This document shows, in pieces, positions 39,660 to 55,095 of a stretch of 64,000 nt of DNA. The DNA is from Octopus vulgaris. Lineage: Eukaryota. The translations under genes were made by a program, and so were the position numbers. The stretch is taken from assembly GCA_951406725.2 (NCBI GenBank), contig OX597823.1:52638001-52702000 (forward strand), given 5' to 3'. Each line of letters begins with the position of its first letter. Within the stretch, counting starts at the first letter, position 1. Under the pieces are notes generated by a model. That model was not told the DNA's origin. It saw only the letters and a list, made by a program, of their open reading frames with translations, and searched no databases.

Positions 39660-40300
39660 TTTGATGATGAATAAAGTTACTAAAGTTGAAGTATGTCTAC
39701 ACCTCATGCTATAGTGAGTGGCTGTTTTTGGTTAAGACAAATCATAATTGTTCATATTGATCATAAGAGAAACCTTATCTGATGTGTAACAATATAACAG
39801 AACAAAGAGCTTGAATAGAAAGTAGATCATAAAAGGAACCATGTGTAAGAGGAGGAGAAGTGATATTCGTAACAGAGCAGAGGGTGACGCAATTTATTAG
39901 TGTACCAGGGAAATACTCTAATAAAACTACAAAGAAAATATCCAAGAAAGGCTACACAGGTGTATAACAGAGTCTGTAAGAAAAGCATTGCACATATCTA
40001 AGATACATATTAAGTAATAAAAACAATATATTAGAATGAAACCTTGCTTATGAATTACAGAATTAAGGCTATTATATTGTATATCCTAGAGAGAACAGCA
40101 AATTGAAGCACAGGGAGAAAAGTTATTACATAGTGGTTGTTAAAAGATGTGTGTATTCCTTTGTAGACTATGCAGAAAATGGTAATATACAACAGTATAG
40201 ATAGATATTCCACTGGCTATGAACAAATGGTTCAAAGGTTTGTTAATAACTCTTGGACTTGATCATATTGCACATTAAGAGAAAGAAAATGTGGATTCAA
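39660..40300 (+). mobile_element. Possible very old Gypsy pol remnant
   Basis: Only faint RNase H-like (IIVHIDHK) and integrase-like (IPLAMNKW) fragments. Confidence 0.25.
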
Positions 40301-41329
40301 AGTTATTCTTACCTGATCAAGTAGGAAGCATCATGAGCCAAATATAGGCCTAGAGTAGGTGGGAGAAAAGTACTGATACAGTGGAGTTTGTTAATACTGT
40401 AGTTGCAATTGTGCTACATATCTTCCTTGTAAAATGACCACAATATGACTAGTACTCATTGGTGTTGGTAGTCCATCGGTGTCTGATGGTGACAAAGTCT
40501 GTGTTCTCAGAGATGAGAGTGCATGTGACTCTAGCAGCTCACCTGTGACATCCAGGTGGGGTACCTATACACCAATGAAACCAGAAAACCAGCCCTTATG
40601 AGCCAGGCATGACTTGAGAAGGAACAAACAACATATATAATCTTGATTTCTATTTAGAGAAGAAATACCATCTCAATTTGGCTTCATTGAAAGGTTTACT
40701 TAATTCAGTAATTGAACCATGTATCTGTGTAAGAGATCAAAGCTAGTTAATTGGACTTCGTTCAAAAAGTAAGATTGCTCTAAAGGACACTCCTGGGCAT
40801 TTTGAACTATTTCATGTAAAATAACTAATCCAACAGATACCTGTTAAATACATATTCTTTTATTCTTTTGTTTGTTTAAATCATTTGACTGTGGCCATGC
40901 TTAAAGGGTTTTAGTCATAAACATCAACCCCAGAACTTACTCTTTGTAAACCTAGTACATATTTTATCGGTGTCTTTTATCAAACCACTAAGTTATGGCA
41001 ACATAAACACACTAGCATTGTTAACATGCTATGCAGAATACCAAGCAACATTTTGTCTGTCTTTTTGTTCTGAGTTTAAATGGATGACTTTCACAAGGTT
41101 GACTTTGCCTTTCATTCTTTTAGGGTCGGTAAAAAAAGTACCAGTTGAAATAGGAATCAAAGGGATTAATTGAGAAGTATTGATGTAGAGTCTACATCAA
41201 ATTATTAGGTGGTTGGTGTTTTGCTGCAGATTAAGTAAGCATAACAGCAATCCTGATCAAGTATATCAAAATCAAGCAAGCATATCAAAAAATCTAGCAA
41301 TGACATCTCAATCCCATTTTCAGGCACTG

Positions 41330-41700
41330 TCGACCCAGTATTACATCATCTTATGTGTCCTTCGTTCAGACAGTGTTTTTAATTTTGTAATACATCCGTA
41401 ATATACTTGGTAGTAGGCTTATATACTGCCAACAATATTGTAGTTGTATAATGAAATATGGTGCCTCTACCAGCAATTAATATGTACGTAAAAATTGCCG
41501 GGTATAAGCAAAATTTGTCAAATTGGTATTTCCAATTGTGTTACACCACTAAATTTGGGGGCTATTTAAGCAATGTGTTCATGGATGGTTAATGGATTGG
41601 ATTTGGTACTGATGAAGGTGCAAGAACTCCTGAAATATGTATATACACTCATTAGCTATTTTTCTGTCTTCAACCTCATTGTTTACATAGACATATTCAT
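41330..41700 (+). mobile_element. Penelope-like fragment with a degenerate hammerhead-like motif (41604-41648)
   Basis: gta-CTGATGA-aggtg-caagaa-ctcct-GAAA-tatg-TA-tatacac. Confidence 0.4.
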
Positions 41701-43890
41701 ATACAAAATGTAACTTTCAGTGCTGACTCAAATTTTTATAGAAAATCTGTTGAGGTAACTTTATTATGTGATTTTTGAAGGAGCTATAGCTACTATTTCT
41801 AGCAGATGGAATGGCTACAAATGCTTCACAATATTGGTTCTGTGTAAGATTGAGCTTTCAATACAGATTGTTAGCAATATGAAATATTTATCTATATTTA
41901 TCAATGAAACAGGTTTGGAATGAAATTAGAAAGTTAGAAATATATTTATAAAGTTCTTATTAACAACTGTTTCAAAACTTAAATTAAACTGTGTCTGTAG
42001 AGTTTTCGAAATAATTAATTAAAATATGAATTGAACAGAACACCCACAGTATGTTAAGTAAATTTGTTAATTTGTTAATTAAATAAATTAATCAAAGGAG
42101 AAGAACTAAGTTGTGAAGTTTGAATGGTGTTGTTCAGAACCAGAAAGTTATTAGTTAAAGAATTGTTAAAGTTGTTATAAGAATTATAACTTGAAAGTGA
42201 GACCAGTACATGATAGTGTTTGCTTCAATTGCCACAAAAACATACTGGCAGTTATGGCTATCAACAAGCCGGCAAATTTTTGATTCATCATCAGCATCAT
42301 TACTTTAACATCCACTTTTCTATGCTTGCATGAGTTGGCTGGAATTTGTTGAAGCAGATTTTCTACAGCAGGATTTCCATCCTGTGGTCAACCCTCACCT
42401 GTCTCCAAGTAAGGTGATATTTCCCTCATTACCAGATTGGTTTTTTGCAGTAGACTGGAAAGGAAAGACACCGCTTGTATGACAGTGACACTCTTTTACA
42501 ACTACCATGGTGTGTCAAGGGAAGGGGACAGTAGTGCAAGCACACATACATGCACACACACACACAGACATACATACATACACACATATATATAAATGTG
42601 ATGAGCTTTTTTCAGTTTCCATCCAGATTAGTAGGTAATGAGTTGGGTCTTTTTTACTGATTTCTTTGCTTCAAAGAAACAAATGTCAGCACAGGTACAT
42701 TTCTGGCATCCATTTCAGCCCTCTGCTTCCCTTCACTCATGAACATGGCTCGAAGATACTTAGAATTCTTCTTAAGCTAACTTTCCTTTTAAATTTACAT
42801 ACTAGTATGTGTGCATCATGAATTCATACCACTTTTCCATGTTTATACAAAAAGAAGGGGTTGTCTTGATCCTATCTGAAGGAGTTGTCATGACCTTATT
42901 TGAAACAACTGCACTTACAGATGGATTGGGGACTAAGTTTTATGATTATATATTTGGCTTGTGACAGTTGCAGTTGTTAATGCTTGTGTATTGATTCAGC
43001 TTAAAAAGTTAGATGAAGCAAATTTTTTATCAAAGTTTTGAGTGTTGGTGTAAGAGAGTTTAATTTTAATTTTGCTGAGAATTTTGTAATATCTGTTATG
43101 TGAAATATTTTTTATTAATTAAGAGATTTTGACCATTGAAGTAATTACTGGTGAGTAAAATAGTGGAATGAACCAGTTAGTTTCTCTATTGCTGCAACTA
43201 ATGTTATTGTTGACCTCCATAGATGATTCTAGTTTAAAAACTGTTAGAAAATAGCATTTCTGTTTGTAAAAATTTGTCCCCATAAATTCTAATATGTGTG
43301 TACTTTTGCACCCTATTTTGTTCTGGTGCATGTCAAAACTCAGACAACTTTGTAACATAAACAAGGCTATGTTTCTATTTTTTGCTTCTCAATGTGTTCT
43401 AACATATGTCAAGACTTAAACATTTTTGTAACATAAATAGACAACAGCTCTTTCATTCTGCTATTTGGTTGTCATGATCATCTTCAGCAATGAAATACCA
43501 ATATTTCCAAAGTTTCTTTGTTCATGGAGCAAAATGGATGTGATGTAGATGGATCCAGCTGCCATTCTCTGATTGTCAACTGGGCAGCATCTTGTATTGG
43601 TTTCTAGGAGATGGAATCTTGGTCTTGGTATGTATCTATCATTGTGTGCTTCTACAAGGATGTAAGCACTACGTTTGTAACTTTGTGCAAATTGTAGTCA
43701 TACATGATAATAAGTGTGTATAAATTATTAGTGTATGAAATTACATGGCTACTATAACTTCAAGGTTTCTATAGCAACACTAATCAATCAGGGTCCTTTT
43801 TTTTTCAGTGTTACCTACAGTTTTAGCTTAAAATTCTAGCGTCAATACATTTATGCATACATACATGCATACATACATACATATGTAGTG

Positions 43891-43928
<38 letters not shown>

Positions 43929-44665
43929 TGTGCATTTGCATGTATGTGTGTGTGTGTCAGTGTTTTCCCTCCACTGCCACTTAATAGCTGATGTTGGTAC
44001 ACATATCATTAACACTGATATTTTTTTCTTGTTGAGGATGTTTACGAGGTTTCAGAAAATGTTTATGAAGTCTCCAACGAACTTGGTTTTAAATACTTCT
44101 GCCACTTTGGCAAAATGTAAGGAGACTATTGGAGGCCAGTCTCAAAGCAGAGATATGCTGTTGCCCCAATTTTGCAGTGATCATCTTCGATACCTATCAG
44201 TAAGATATGAATCCATTTTCCGGAAGACAATACATTGCATCTCATCAGACACTTCAAAATTTCATGAGTCTACTACCCTTGAAATGATGAAAGGAAAATT
44301 TGACCCCATCATATTCTCTTATGGAAAAAAATTTGGAATTTAAAAGAAGGCAAACCATTCAACATCAGTTGCTTTTTGTAATAAAAATTTTTAAATATCT
44401 ATTATTATTTTTACTGTGTCCATATTTTTTTTTGCTAATTGCTAAAGGAAGCATATTTTTTTAATTGAATTCCAAATATTTTTCATAGAAGTGTGTGCAT
44501 GGTGGAGAGGGTAGGGACGTTATAGGGCTACTGTATTTTATGAGTGCTTTTCTTTTCAAGAATTAAATGTATAAACTGTTTCAAATCTTTTGATTACAAA
44601 GTGGAAATAAGTGTAACATTAATTTCATTAATCTGTGTGTTTGTGTGTGTGTGTGTATATGTATG

Positions 44666-44713
<48 letters not shown>

Positions 44714-44913
44714 TGCATATGTATATGTATATGTATATATATATATATAAATATATATGATGGTTTAGCTGACTAAATCATTGAAGTCACTGCCAACAAC
44801 ATTCTTGTATAAGAATAATATATTTGTGCTCTGTAATGAATAGAGTAATCCATCAAATTAACGCAAAATTGATTTTTTTTATAACTGAACATAAAAACAA
44901 ACATTTATATATA

Positions 44914-45766
44914 CAGGGTGACCCAGAAGTCACTAGGGGGTTATAATTTTTAATAACTCCCTCATTTTTACAAATAGGTGTACGAAATTTTAATTTAATA
45001 TAGAGGAGATAATGGAGATTAATTTGCATTAGTTCTTGTTCATCATACCTCTGCATTACATATGAAAAATGACATCTTTTAAATGACATCCTTTTTCAGC
45101 TTCACATTGGTATGCAAATCACTTTGGTGTAGTGCTCTCGGATTCTCAGAATCCCCATTGATAAGCCCATTCAAATGAAAGTGATCTTCATCATACATGA
45201 TCAATTTTTGTGTGTAACATTTTGGTCATTTCATTCAATTTCTGGATTCTGAAAGCATATCGGAGTCTATGTTCATAGTTCTGGGTTTCAACTGTGGAAC
45301 TACCTGCATCTTGTTTGGAAAATGTTATGGCTACTGAGAACTCTTTACAGCAAAGTTTGTGAAATCCCATGCTGTCTGGACTGCCTTCGAGTTGACATAT
45401 CCAGAAACTGTTCAATACTCTCTAGTTGGTTCTGACAGAGCAAGGTCTTGTAGATCATGGGAGTTCACTTACCACCCCTTGTTTTTCAAAACAACAAACT
45501 AAGTTCCTCATTATGTTTTAATTTGGAGCATCTCTCACTTGAAAATGCCAATGATATTCTCTTTGGGTTTGAATAATTGATCTCTTGATTTTGATAGAAC
45601 AATTTCACCACTTTCATGGACAGATAAGGCATTGAGTGGTGCCTTATTTGTCCATGAATAACTTCCAGGACTTAGTCCACAAAATCCCTGAACAGAAAAG
45701 AAAAAAGTCAAAAAAATAAAACAACTATCAAAAATTCCAATCCCTCAGTGACTTTTGGGCCACCCT

Positions 45767-45767
<1 letters not shown>
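44914..45767 (-). mobile_element. Internally deleted Tc1/mariner-superfamily element (DUF4817-type N-terminus)
   Basis: TIRs CAGGGTGACCCAGAAGTCACT and AGTGACTTTTGGGCCACCCTG. Minus-strand remnant SIIQTQREYHWHFQVRDAP…FEKQG…RPCSVRT. Confidence 0.75.
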
Positions 45768-45803
<36 letters not shown>

Positions 45804-45821
45804 TGTGTGTGTGTGTGAGAG

Positions 45822-45866
<45 letters not shown>

Positions 45867-46811
45867 GCACATCAGTGCGGGTGGCACGTAAAAAGCACCC
45901 ACTACACTCACGGAGTGGTTGGCGTTAGGAAGGGCATCCAGCCATAGAAACACTGCCAGATTTGACTGGGCCTGATGAAGCCTTCTGGCTTCACAGACAC
46001 CAGTAGAACCGTCCAACCCATGCTAGCATGGAAAACGGACGCTAAATGATGATGATGATGATGATGATGATATATAATGATGGCTAATTGATTAAGAGAC
46101 ATTTCATAATTAAAAGCTGGATTTCAAAAGACTTTCCAACGACTGGTATTGACTTTCCTTGTAAGCACTGTTCATGTGGACAAAGAAAGCATGTTTCAAG
46201 ACTGAGGCTAGTGATTAATTCATCATTAACAACATTAGAAGATGATAATAATTAGCAGGATTCAAAAATTCAGATAACAAAATGGACTCCAAAAGATTTG
46301 CAGATTTAAAAGCTGCTGTATTAAAAATTTGTTCTGTAGAAAAATATTTTGATTTCTGCACACTGGTTCAAACAGTACATATTTTAAAATAATCTGTTGA
46401 TTTGAGGGAAGGGTGTGTATAGATTACAAGTTCAAATTTTATGATAGTTACATTTAGTTGACCGAGTCATCCCAAAGATATTACTGGTATTTATTTTGTG
46501 GATCACTGATGATAGAAGTTTAATTAAAAACTAAAGGTCAGCATGCAATTTAGTGTCATAAAAAAAAATGAAAGTAAATTGCACCAGAAGGGACAATAGT
46601 GAAATTTCATAATTTAACAAATACATGCATTAAAAATATCACCAAGGTAACTGATATAAAAGGAATAGAGTGGTTAGTGCAGGAGAAAGGTGTACAGAAA
46701 AATACTGCCTGGTTGCAATCTTTGAATGTATGTAGGAAAGAACAGGGGATTTTACCAAAGATGCTTTGATGTCTGATAGGTAGGCTTTCAATGTTAGTTC
46801 AGACAACATAC

Positions 46812-47156
46812 ATACTCTTTTACTCTTTATTCTTTTACTTGTTTCAGTCATTTGACTGCAGCCATGCTGGAGCACCACCTTTAGTTGACCAAATTGACAC
46901 CAGAACTTATTCTTTGTAAGCCTAGTACTTATTCTATTGGCCTCTTTTGCCAAGCCACTAAGTTACAGGGACGTAAACACACCAGCATTGGTTGTCAAGT
47001 GATGTTGGAGGGGGGGGGGAACAAACACAGACACACAAACACACACACGCATATATATATATATACATATATACGACGAGCTTCTTTCAGTTTTCGTCTA
47101 CCAAATCCACTCACAAGGCTTTGGTTGGCCCGAGGCTATAGTAGAAGACACTTGCC
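46812..47156 (-). mobile_element. SINE family A lacking its head, abutting a family B SINE (47175-47388, minus)
   Basis: Matches the family A and family B copies elsewhere in the window. Confidence 0.8.
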
Positions 47157-47798
47157 AATCCTACACAAACTATTTTTTTCTCCTCTAGGCACAAGGCCCG
47201 AAATTTGGGGGAAGGAGGCCAGTTGATTAGATCGACTCCAGTATGCAACTGGTACTTAATTTGTTGACCCCAAAACGATGAAAGGCAAAGTCAACCTCAG
47301 CGGAATTTGAACTCAGAATGTAAAGACAGACGAAATACTGCTACGCATTTCACCCAGCATGCTAACATTTCTGCCAGCTCGCCGCCTTCCTACACTAACT
47401 ATTGAAAGTCTTGAAAGGTAGTGGTTAATCACCAAGAAGAACCTCAGTTGATAATATGGAATGAGTGATGCTTCTTACTTTTGCAAATGGTATGAGAATA
47501 CTTGTCAAAATAGGTTCAGAGACAGTGAACAGTTATCCTTTACTTGTTTCAGTCATTAGACTGAGGCCATGCTGGGCACCACTTTGAAGAATTTTTAGTT
47601 GAATGAATCAATTCTGCAGCTTTTTTTTTTTTAAGCTTAGTACTTATTCTATCAGTTTCATTTGCTGAACTGCTAAGCTATGAGGGGCATAAGCAAACCA
47701 ACACCAATTGCCAAGTGGTGACAAACACAGATACAAAGATACACACATGCATGTGTGCACGTACACACACACATACACATATACACACACATATTATG

Positions 47799-47844
<46 letters not shown>

Positions 47845-48005
47845 TAAAATAAATTAGAGATAAAACCACTATTAGGCAAATCAAACAGTGAAAAACAAAC
47901 CAAAGCATAAAAATGAATATAATTAATATAATATACAAAATATACAAAATATAAAATTTAAAATTTAAATTACTTAAATTAAAAATTTTTAATTTATATT
48001 TATAA

Positions 48006-48071
<66 letters not shown>

Positions 48072-48215
48072 ATTTTAATTTTAAATTTTTAAACTTTTAA
48101 TTTTTTTTTATAACTATCAAAAAGTACTCAAAAGTTAAGTATAATATAATAAGTAAAACCACTAATTTTTCCCTGTAAGTTTGGATTTACTCCCTAATAT
48201 TATTACTATTATTAT

Positions 48216-48282
<67 letters not shown>

Positions 48283-49900
48283 GTATATATATGTGTATAT
48301 ATATTATAATATATTTAATATACATATAGTCATATTTATTTAACTTTCCTTTAATTTATCCCTCCTCTTTCTATAGGCTACCTCTAACACTATATCATAT
48401 AACATTTTTTCAAACAATACTAATAGCGTTCAGTTAATCACTGTACATATCCATCATTTTCTGTTAAAATGTCTTATTGACAAATTTCATTTCTTCACTG
48501 ATTGGTTACATTTAACCCACCAATGATTCTTACCACGATCATGATCATGGGCTTCTTTTATATTAGTAAAATTCTTCCTAAAAGGAAGGGGTTGATTTCT
48601 GACAAAGCAACAAAGCTCTCTCACCGGAATGAACGTAACAACAATGATACATGTTACAAGTTCAAATTTTGACTCTTCCTCACACAGACTGTATTTGTAA
48701 AATGCATGTTAGCTGATTGCTTTCTTTGCTCGAAAATCCTATCTTTTCCTGATTGACACTTGAACATTCACTAACAAAGCCAAATATACATGTACATATG
48801 TTAGCTGTTGGTGATTCATTCTGTCGTTACACAAAGTTTCATTCGTGTAATTTATACTTGTGATCAATAGATGTGTTGGAAATCAACTTCGCACCTTGTA
48901 CTAGTTTGTTGATTGATCCTGTGTAAAATTTTGTTTACTGTAATGAGATGTGTGTGTGTGTGCATTTATGTGTGTGTATGCATATGCATGTGTGTGAGCA
49001 TTTGTGCATGTGTGTGTAGGAGTATGTATGTGTGTGCGTGTGAGAATAAGCATATATGTGCCTGCATATCAATACACACACATGCGTATGCACATACATA
49101 CACACACACACACATATCCAAGAATTAGGGAATGAAGTAGATAAAATCCAGGCTACATATGTTTCATAGCAAGTGGAACCTCGGAAGTACTAATTATCCA
49201 AATGAGGGGTAGTCTACAAGCTACTCTCCAGACCAATGATACCTTGATTATATGAAATTTACATTGACATTGGGAGATCCCAGAGTTTGGCACAATCCTG
49301 TGGCTTACCAACTCCTGTCAAACCATCCAACACATACTAGATTGGAAGACAAACATTAAATGAAGATGATAATAACATATATATAGGGAGAATTCACAAA
49401 AAAAAAACAAAAGATGAAGACATGTGGTGTAGACAACAAACAGATGTATTAGTATAACGCTCAGGAATTGAAAAAGTCTTTAACGTTTTGAGCCTACACT
49501 CTTCCACAGAAAGGAACACAGAAAGAAACAGGGAGAGAAAATTTTTTAAAATGTGTGGTGGCTAGCAGTCTATCATGGTGAAGGCCGGACAGAAGGGTCA
49601 CACAGGAGAGCAAGGAAGAAGCAGAGATAACAAGGTGGTGGTGATCCCAAAACAAAAGTGCACGTGCGTGTGTATAAGAAAGTTTGTATGTGCATGTGGA
49701 AGAGGGCTGGTGATCTTGACGTGTGCGTGTGTGTATGTCTAGGTATGAAAATGTGTGTCTGGGAAATGGTCAGTGCTGATGTGTTTGTGGTCGTGTGTTG
49801 TGATGTGATGTGTTGTGTGGTATGGTGGTGTGATGGTGTTGGGAGATGGGGGAGGCAGGAGTAGGGAAAGCATATATATGTATGTATGTATGTATGTATG

Positions 49901-50322
49901 GTGCAGGAGTGGCTGTGTGGTAAGTAGCTTGTTTACCAGCCACATGGTTCCGGGTTCAGTCCCACTGTGTGGCATCTTGGGCAAGTGTCTTCTGCTATAG
50001 CCCCGGGCCGACCAATGCCTTGTGAGTGGATTTGGTAGACGGAAACTGAAAGAAGCCTGTCGTATATATGTATAAATATATGTGTATGTGTGTGTGTATG
50101 TGTGTCTGTGTTTGTTCCCCTAGCATTGCTTGACAACCGATGCTGGTGTGTTTACGTCCCCGTTACTTAGCGGTTTGGCAAAAAGAGACCGATAGAATAA
50201 GTACTGGGCTTACAAAAAGAATAAGTCCCGGGGTCGAGTTGCTCGACTAAAGGCGGTGCTCCAGCATGGCCGCAGTCAAATGACTGAAACAAGTAAAAGA
50301 GTAAAAGAGTAAAGAGTAAGAG
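49901..50322 (+). mobile_element. SINE family A, well-preserved full-length copy
   Basis: tRNA-like A and B boxes, CORE-like segment, internal TA/TG microsatellite, GGCCGCAGTCAAATGACTGAAAC(AAGTAAAAGAG)n tail; many CpGs retained. Confidence 0.9.
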
Positions 50323-50571
50323 TATGTATGTATGTATATATAATCTCAGTGAACACAGTGAAGCATTAAATTAGAATCACCATTGTGTATCATTCTAAAC
50401 TAAATGTATATACACAGTTGAAAGGCATGATGCTATAGATTTTATCTAAGAGAAAATCACTCCATACATATGTTGTGTTAAAAATGCAATTTATATCAAT
50501 GCAGAATGAACACCATCACAGCAATGACTCACGAGAAAAACAGACTCATTAATTTATTATTCCTTCTTGGA

Positions 50572-50787
50572 AGACAGTGAGCTGGCAGAATCATTAGCAT
50601 GCCGGGCAAAATGTTTGGTAGCATTTCACCTGTCTTTATGTTCTGAATTCAAATTCCACCAAGGTTGACATTACTATTCATCCTTTTGGGGTCAATAAAA
50701 TAAGTACCAGCTGAGCACTGGGGACGATATAATCAACTTACACTTCCAACAAAATTGCTGACCTTGTGCTAAAATTTGAAATCAATA
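50572..50787 (+). mobile_element. SINE family B
   Basis: GAGCTGGCAGAATCATTAGC…TTCATCCTTTTGGGGTCAATAAAATAAGTACCAG. Confidence 0.75.
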
Positions 50788-53700
50788 TATTATTCCCTAC
50801 CTACTAAATATAGAAGCATGAATTCCATCTTAGCAAATGACAAATGGGCGCACAGCATTGAAATGTTCTAAGACAGGCAAAATGCATCTATCTTTCAAAG
50901 GTGTATATATATTTAGTATTACACACACACACACACACATACACACACATATAAATGGAGTTTAACACAGGTATAATTCAAATACTTTTACTTCCCAGAC
51001 ATGTTTCGAAGATATCAAAAAACAAGGAGTTATAATCTCTTTACTTGTGTGATTTTTTGCTACCCTGGTAACTTTTTATCTATTTTTTCCGTGTTAATTG
51101 TTAACAAGGGAAAAATACACTCATCTATTTATATATATATATATTAGTTTTTCTTGTCTCTTAAATTTCCCTTGTAAATCCAAGAATGAAGTAGATGACA
51201 CTTTGATGAGTTACCACACAGTGGAATCAAACTAAGAACCATGTGGTTATTTAACAAACTTTTCAATTATGTTCTAGCCTGACATATACACATAATACAG
51301 ATGTATATATATGTCACAGAATCTCCCAAAACTAGATACCATTATCTAAGCTTAATTATATTATCTACGAAGAAAACCAAACAATACCAATGTAAGGGAT
51401 CTCCTCTGAGTAAGAATCCACAAACACTTTCCACTTTAGAGGAATGAAGGACAACCCAGAATAATGAAGTTAAGACATAAGAAATTTACAATCATGCAAA
51501 ACAAATGTATATTTCCATCATCAGCTGCCAAGTAGATATCATTATTGTTTTTATATCTAGATATTTTATATCTAGACATTTATTCCAGTGGCGTCACCAG
51601 CATTAAAAATACAAACACTGTCTGGGAATCCACCACCTTATTACCACAAATAAGAAGATGGGAGTAAACAAATAGAGATAACTTATAGCTACAAAATAGT
51701 ATTTATAACAAAGAACTTATTCCAAAAAGGATATTTTGACAACGTACCAAACATAGACCACTAGATATGTTGTTTCTCAATCAACATTGCATCATGAACA
51801 TGATATCACATCTAAAACAAGCCTAATAAAGATTAGTGGAACTGTATATCTCATAAACAACATGCTTGAACAACATACAAAGGAAAGGGACTATCTTAAA
51901 TCAATATCTATGAAACAATTTCCATAGCAGAAAGGAAGATAAACACAAGTAGGCTGCATGCATATATTTACATGGAATACAAAATATAGAGAAGGGAAAA
52001 ACGAAATAAAGTAAACAATAGAAACTACATTAAAGTCTTATCTTGACAGCTGTTTCAGGACCACAAAGGCATATGCTATAACCTTGTTTCTACATAATAA
52101 AGACCCATAATGTTGCAGGTGTATATAATAGCAAAAGTTCCTGCATTTTATTTTGTTAGATTATAAAATACTGAAATGGATGGTGACAAAAATATTGTCA
52201 TGTAACCTAGAAACTAATTCTATCATCGGTTGTTGTTTTTATTTTCTTTATCCCCAGGTGAGCACTGATTAGCGCACCGATGATGAAAACATTCCAACCA
52301 TAGCCATCCCATATTTTAGTGGTATCTAGGACTACCATTATTGATTCATTTACTAATTTAAGACCAATGGATGGGACTGGAGAGAGAGATTTGACTTTTC
52401 TTTTTTAGCTGATCGAGAGACTGACTGACTACAGAGAGGTATTTTGGTTGGCAATTTGCATCAAATGTTGACACAGATGGTGTTATAAGAAGCCATGAAG
52501 AGTTCCTATATGAGACATATTTCATGTGATTTCTCTGGCCAAAATTTTCACCAGAAGTGTTAGGAAGTGAGGTTCAGTAAACTATGCTTTCTCTGATTAG
52601 CTTTAATTGATAAGAATGAACTTATTACGCGGACGTCATAAGCTCTGCATTCTCCCTTCCTTGGAAATTATCTTGATTTGACTTGCTCTCTAACACTCCC
52701 TGTGGAGAATTCTGGATGACAATTCTAATGTCTAATGCCTAAAATCCTAATGATGCATTTCCAGTGTCTCTAATTGGTATGTCTTGACTATCATTATATT
52801 GACGCCTTGGTAAAAATCTCTTCTTTCTCTCTCTCTCTCTTTCTTTCTCTCTCTCTTTCCCTCTCTCTCTTTCTCTTTCTTTCTCTCTCAGACATTGAGG
52901 AAATGTTAGAATTGGCAGAGAAAATGATGTCGTAACAATTAATTCGAGAAAATCATGATATTAGCCTTGCACCCATCTTGAATAGTAATTACGGTGCCAA
53001 TCGGAAAGGTTTGCCAATGAAAACAGATTTGTATTTGCAGCACAATATTGACACAAAGAATTTTAACAAGATTAACTTGATAAAGGAAAAAAGTAATTTC
53101 AGTCAATATGACCCGTATATGTTACTTCTTGTGTACTTCATGTGTGTGCACATGAATGGGTGACTGTTTACACACATGTATACAAATGTACGCATGTGTA
53201 TATGCATTTATGGAAGGATGGATGGATGGAGGTTGCAGAGACAGTGTAGCCCTCTGGGTTGAGTATTGGACAATTGGTTCATGAGTTGGTGAGTTCAAAT
53301 GTACTGCAGGTCTGTTATTCTGTCTCTGGTTTGGATATTAATATATTTTATAAGACCTTAAATTCGATTGACAACCATGTAACTGTCAGGGTTCTATCCC
53401 ACAGTGCAGCGCATTTAGCATGGATCATTTTTCACAGCCTTGAGGGAAGCAATGTCTTTAGAGCAAGTTTTGATTGATGGTAACTACCGGAGCCATATGC
53501 ACACACACACACTTGTGTGTGGTTATTCATTTAATGTTTAGCTTTCACTCTGCTATGCCAATGAAGAGACTGTATAACCTCAACTTTTATAAATTGATAA
53601 ATTCTAAAACTTACATTGAACACTTTTCTCTCTCATTTGTATGTCTAACAACTGATAGATGTGTAGCAAAACAGAAAATTGGATATTTTATTCTGTGTTT

Positions 53701-54004
53701 TTTTTTTTGTATTATTTATTCACCATTACACGTTTTTCATTTGCTGATAGGAATTACAAAGTTTTACATGCTAGAGAGACATGCAGGGAATTCCGATTAG
53801 AAATTCGTCTGACAGAGAAATTTATATATGTGTGTATGTGTGTCTGTACTTCTGTATGTGTGTGTGCACGCATGTGTGCGTACGTATACAAACACAAACA
53901 CAAAGTTGACATTATAAGAATTCATACCCTCTCACAAGAACATAAAACAATTCTTTTCTTGGAACAAAGAACATAAAACTATAAGCAAATAGAACTAGAA
54001 ATAA

Positions 54005-54520
54005 TCCTTTCTATTATAGGCTCAAAGGCCTGAAATTTGGGGGAGGGGGTCTAGTCAATTACATCAACCCCAGTACCCAACTGGTACTTAATTTATCAAC
54101 CCTGAAAGGATGAAAGACAAAGTTGACTTTGGCAGAATTTGAACTCAGAGCATAGCTGCAGACGAAGTACTGTTAAGCGTTTTGCCTGCTATGCTAATGA
54201 TTCTGCCAGCTCGCCACCTTAAATAGAACTATAAATAATAGCATGTAAAAAAACGTCCATGGGCAGCCTTTCACTTTTATAAACATAATACAAATACATA
54301 TTATATAATCCTGACCATTATTATTATTATCTATTATAAGGTGGCAAGCTGACAGAATTGTTAGCATGCAGGGCAAAATGCTTAGTAGAATTTTGTGTCT
54401 TTATGTTCTGAGTTCAAATTCTGCTGAGGTCAACTTTGTCTTTCATCTATCAGGGGTCAATGAAATAAATACTAGTCAAGTACTGGGGTTGATGTAATAC
54501 ATTTAACCCCTCCCCAAAAA
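54005..54520. mobile_element. Divergent (head-to-head) pair of family B SINEs: 54005-54220 (-) and 54338-54520 (+)
   Basis: CTGCCAGCTCGCCACCTT versus AAGGTGGCAAGCTGACAG, with inverted cores about 120 bp apart. Confidence 0.8.
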
Positions 54521-54685
54521 TCTGTAGCCATCACTAGCATGGTCATAATGGTCGTAATGGTCATCATCATAATCATCATCATCATCAGTGTGTTCATTCT
54601 TGTTATCATTGCCAAAGTACGAGTATGAAGTGTGATGCTGCATGGTTGGGAGACATTAGAAGGGAAAATGAATTATATATATATG

Positions 54686-55095
54686 GAGTAGGAGTGGCTG
54701 TGTGGTAAGTAGCTTGCTTACCAACCGCATGATTCCAGGTTCAGTCCCACTGCGTGGAACCTTGGGCAAGTGTCTTCTACTATAGCCTCGGGCCGACCAA
54801 AAGCCTTGTGAGTGGATTTGGTAGATGGAAACTGAAAGAAGCCCATCGTATATATGTATATATATATGTATGTGTGTGTATATGTTTGTGTGTCTGTGTT
54901 TGTCCCCCCAATATTGCTTGACAACCGATGCTGGTGTGTTTATGTCCCTGTAACTTAGTGGTTTGACAAAAAGAGAATGATAGAATAAGTACTAGGCTTA
55001 CAAAGTATAAATCCTGGGCTCGATTTGCTCAACCAAAGGCGGTACTCCAGAATGGCTACAGTCACAAGAGTAAAAGAGTAAAAGAGTAAAGAGAG
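54686..55095 (+). mobile_element. SINE family A, full length
   Basis: Same structure as 49901-50322. Confidence 0.85.

Noticed and set aside
41960-42010. GAAACAGTTGTTA hammerhead-like half motif on the minus strand
   Set aside because: No upstream CTGANGA core.
43888-44343. 151-aa ORF
   Set aside because: It starts in a TG microsatellite, and the remainder looks like antisense of a decayed mariner end (TACGAGG… terminus at ~44043).
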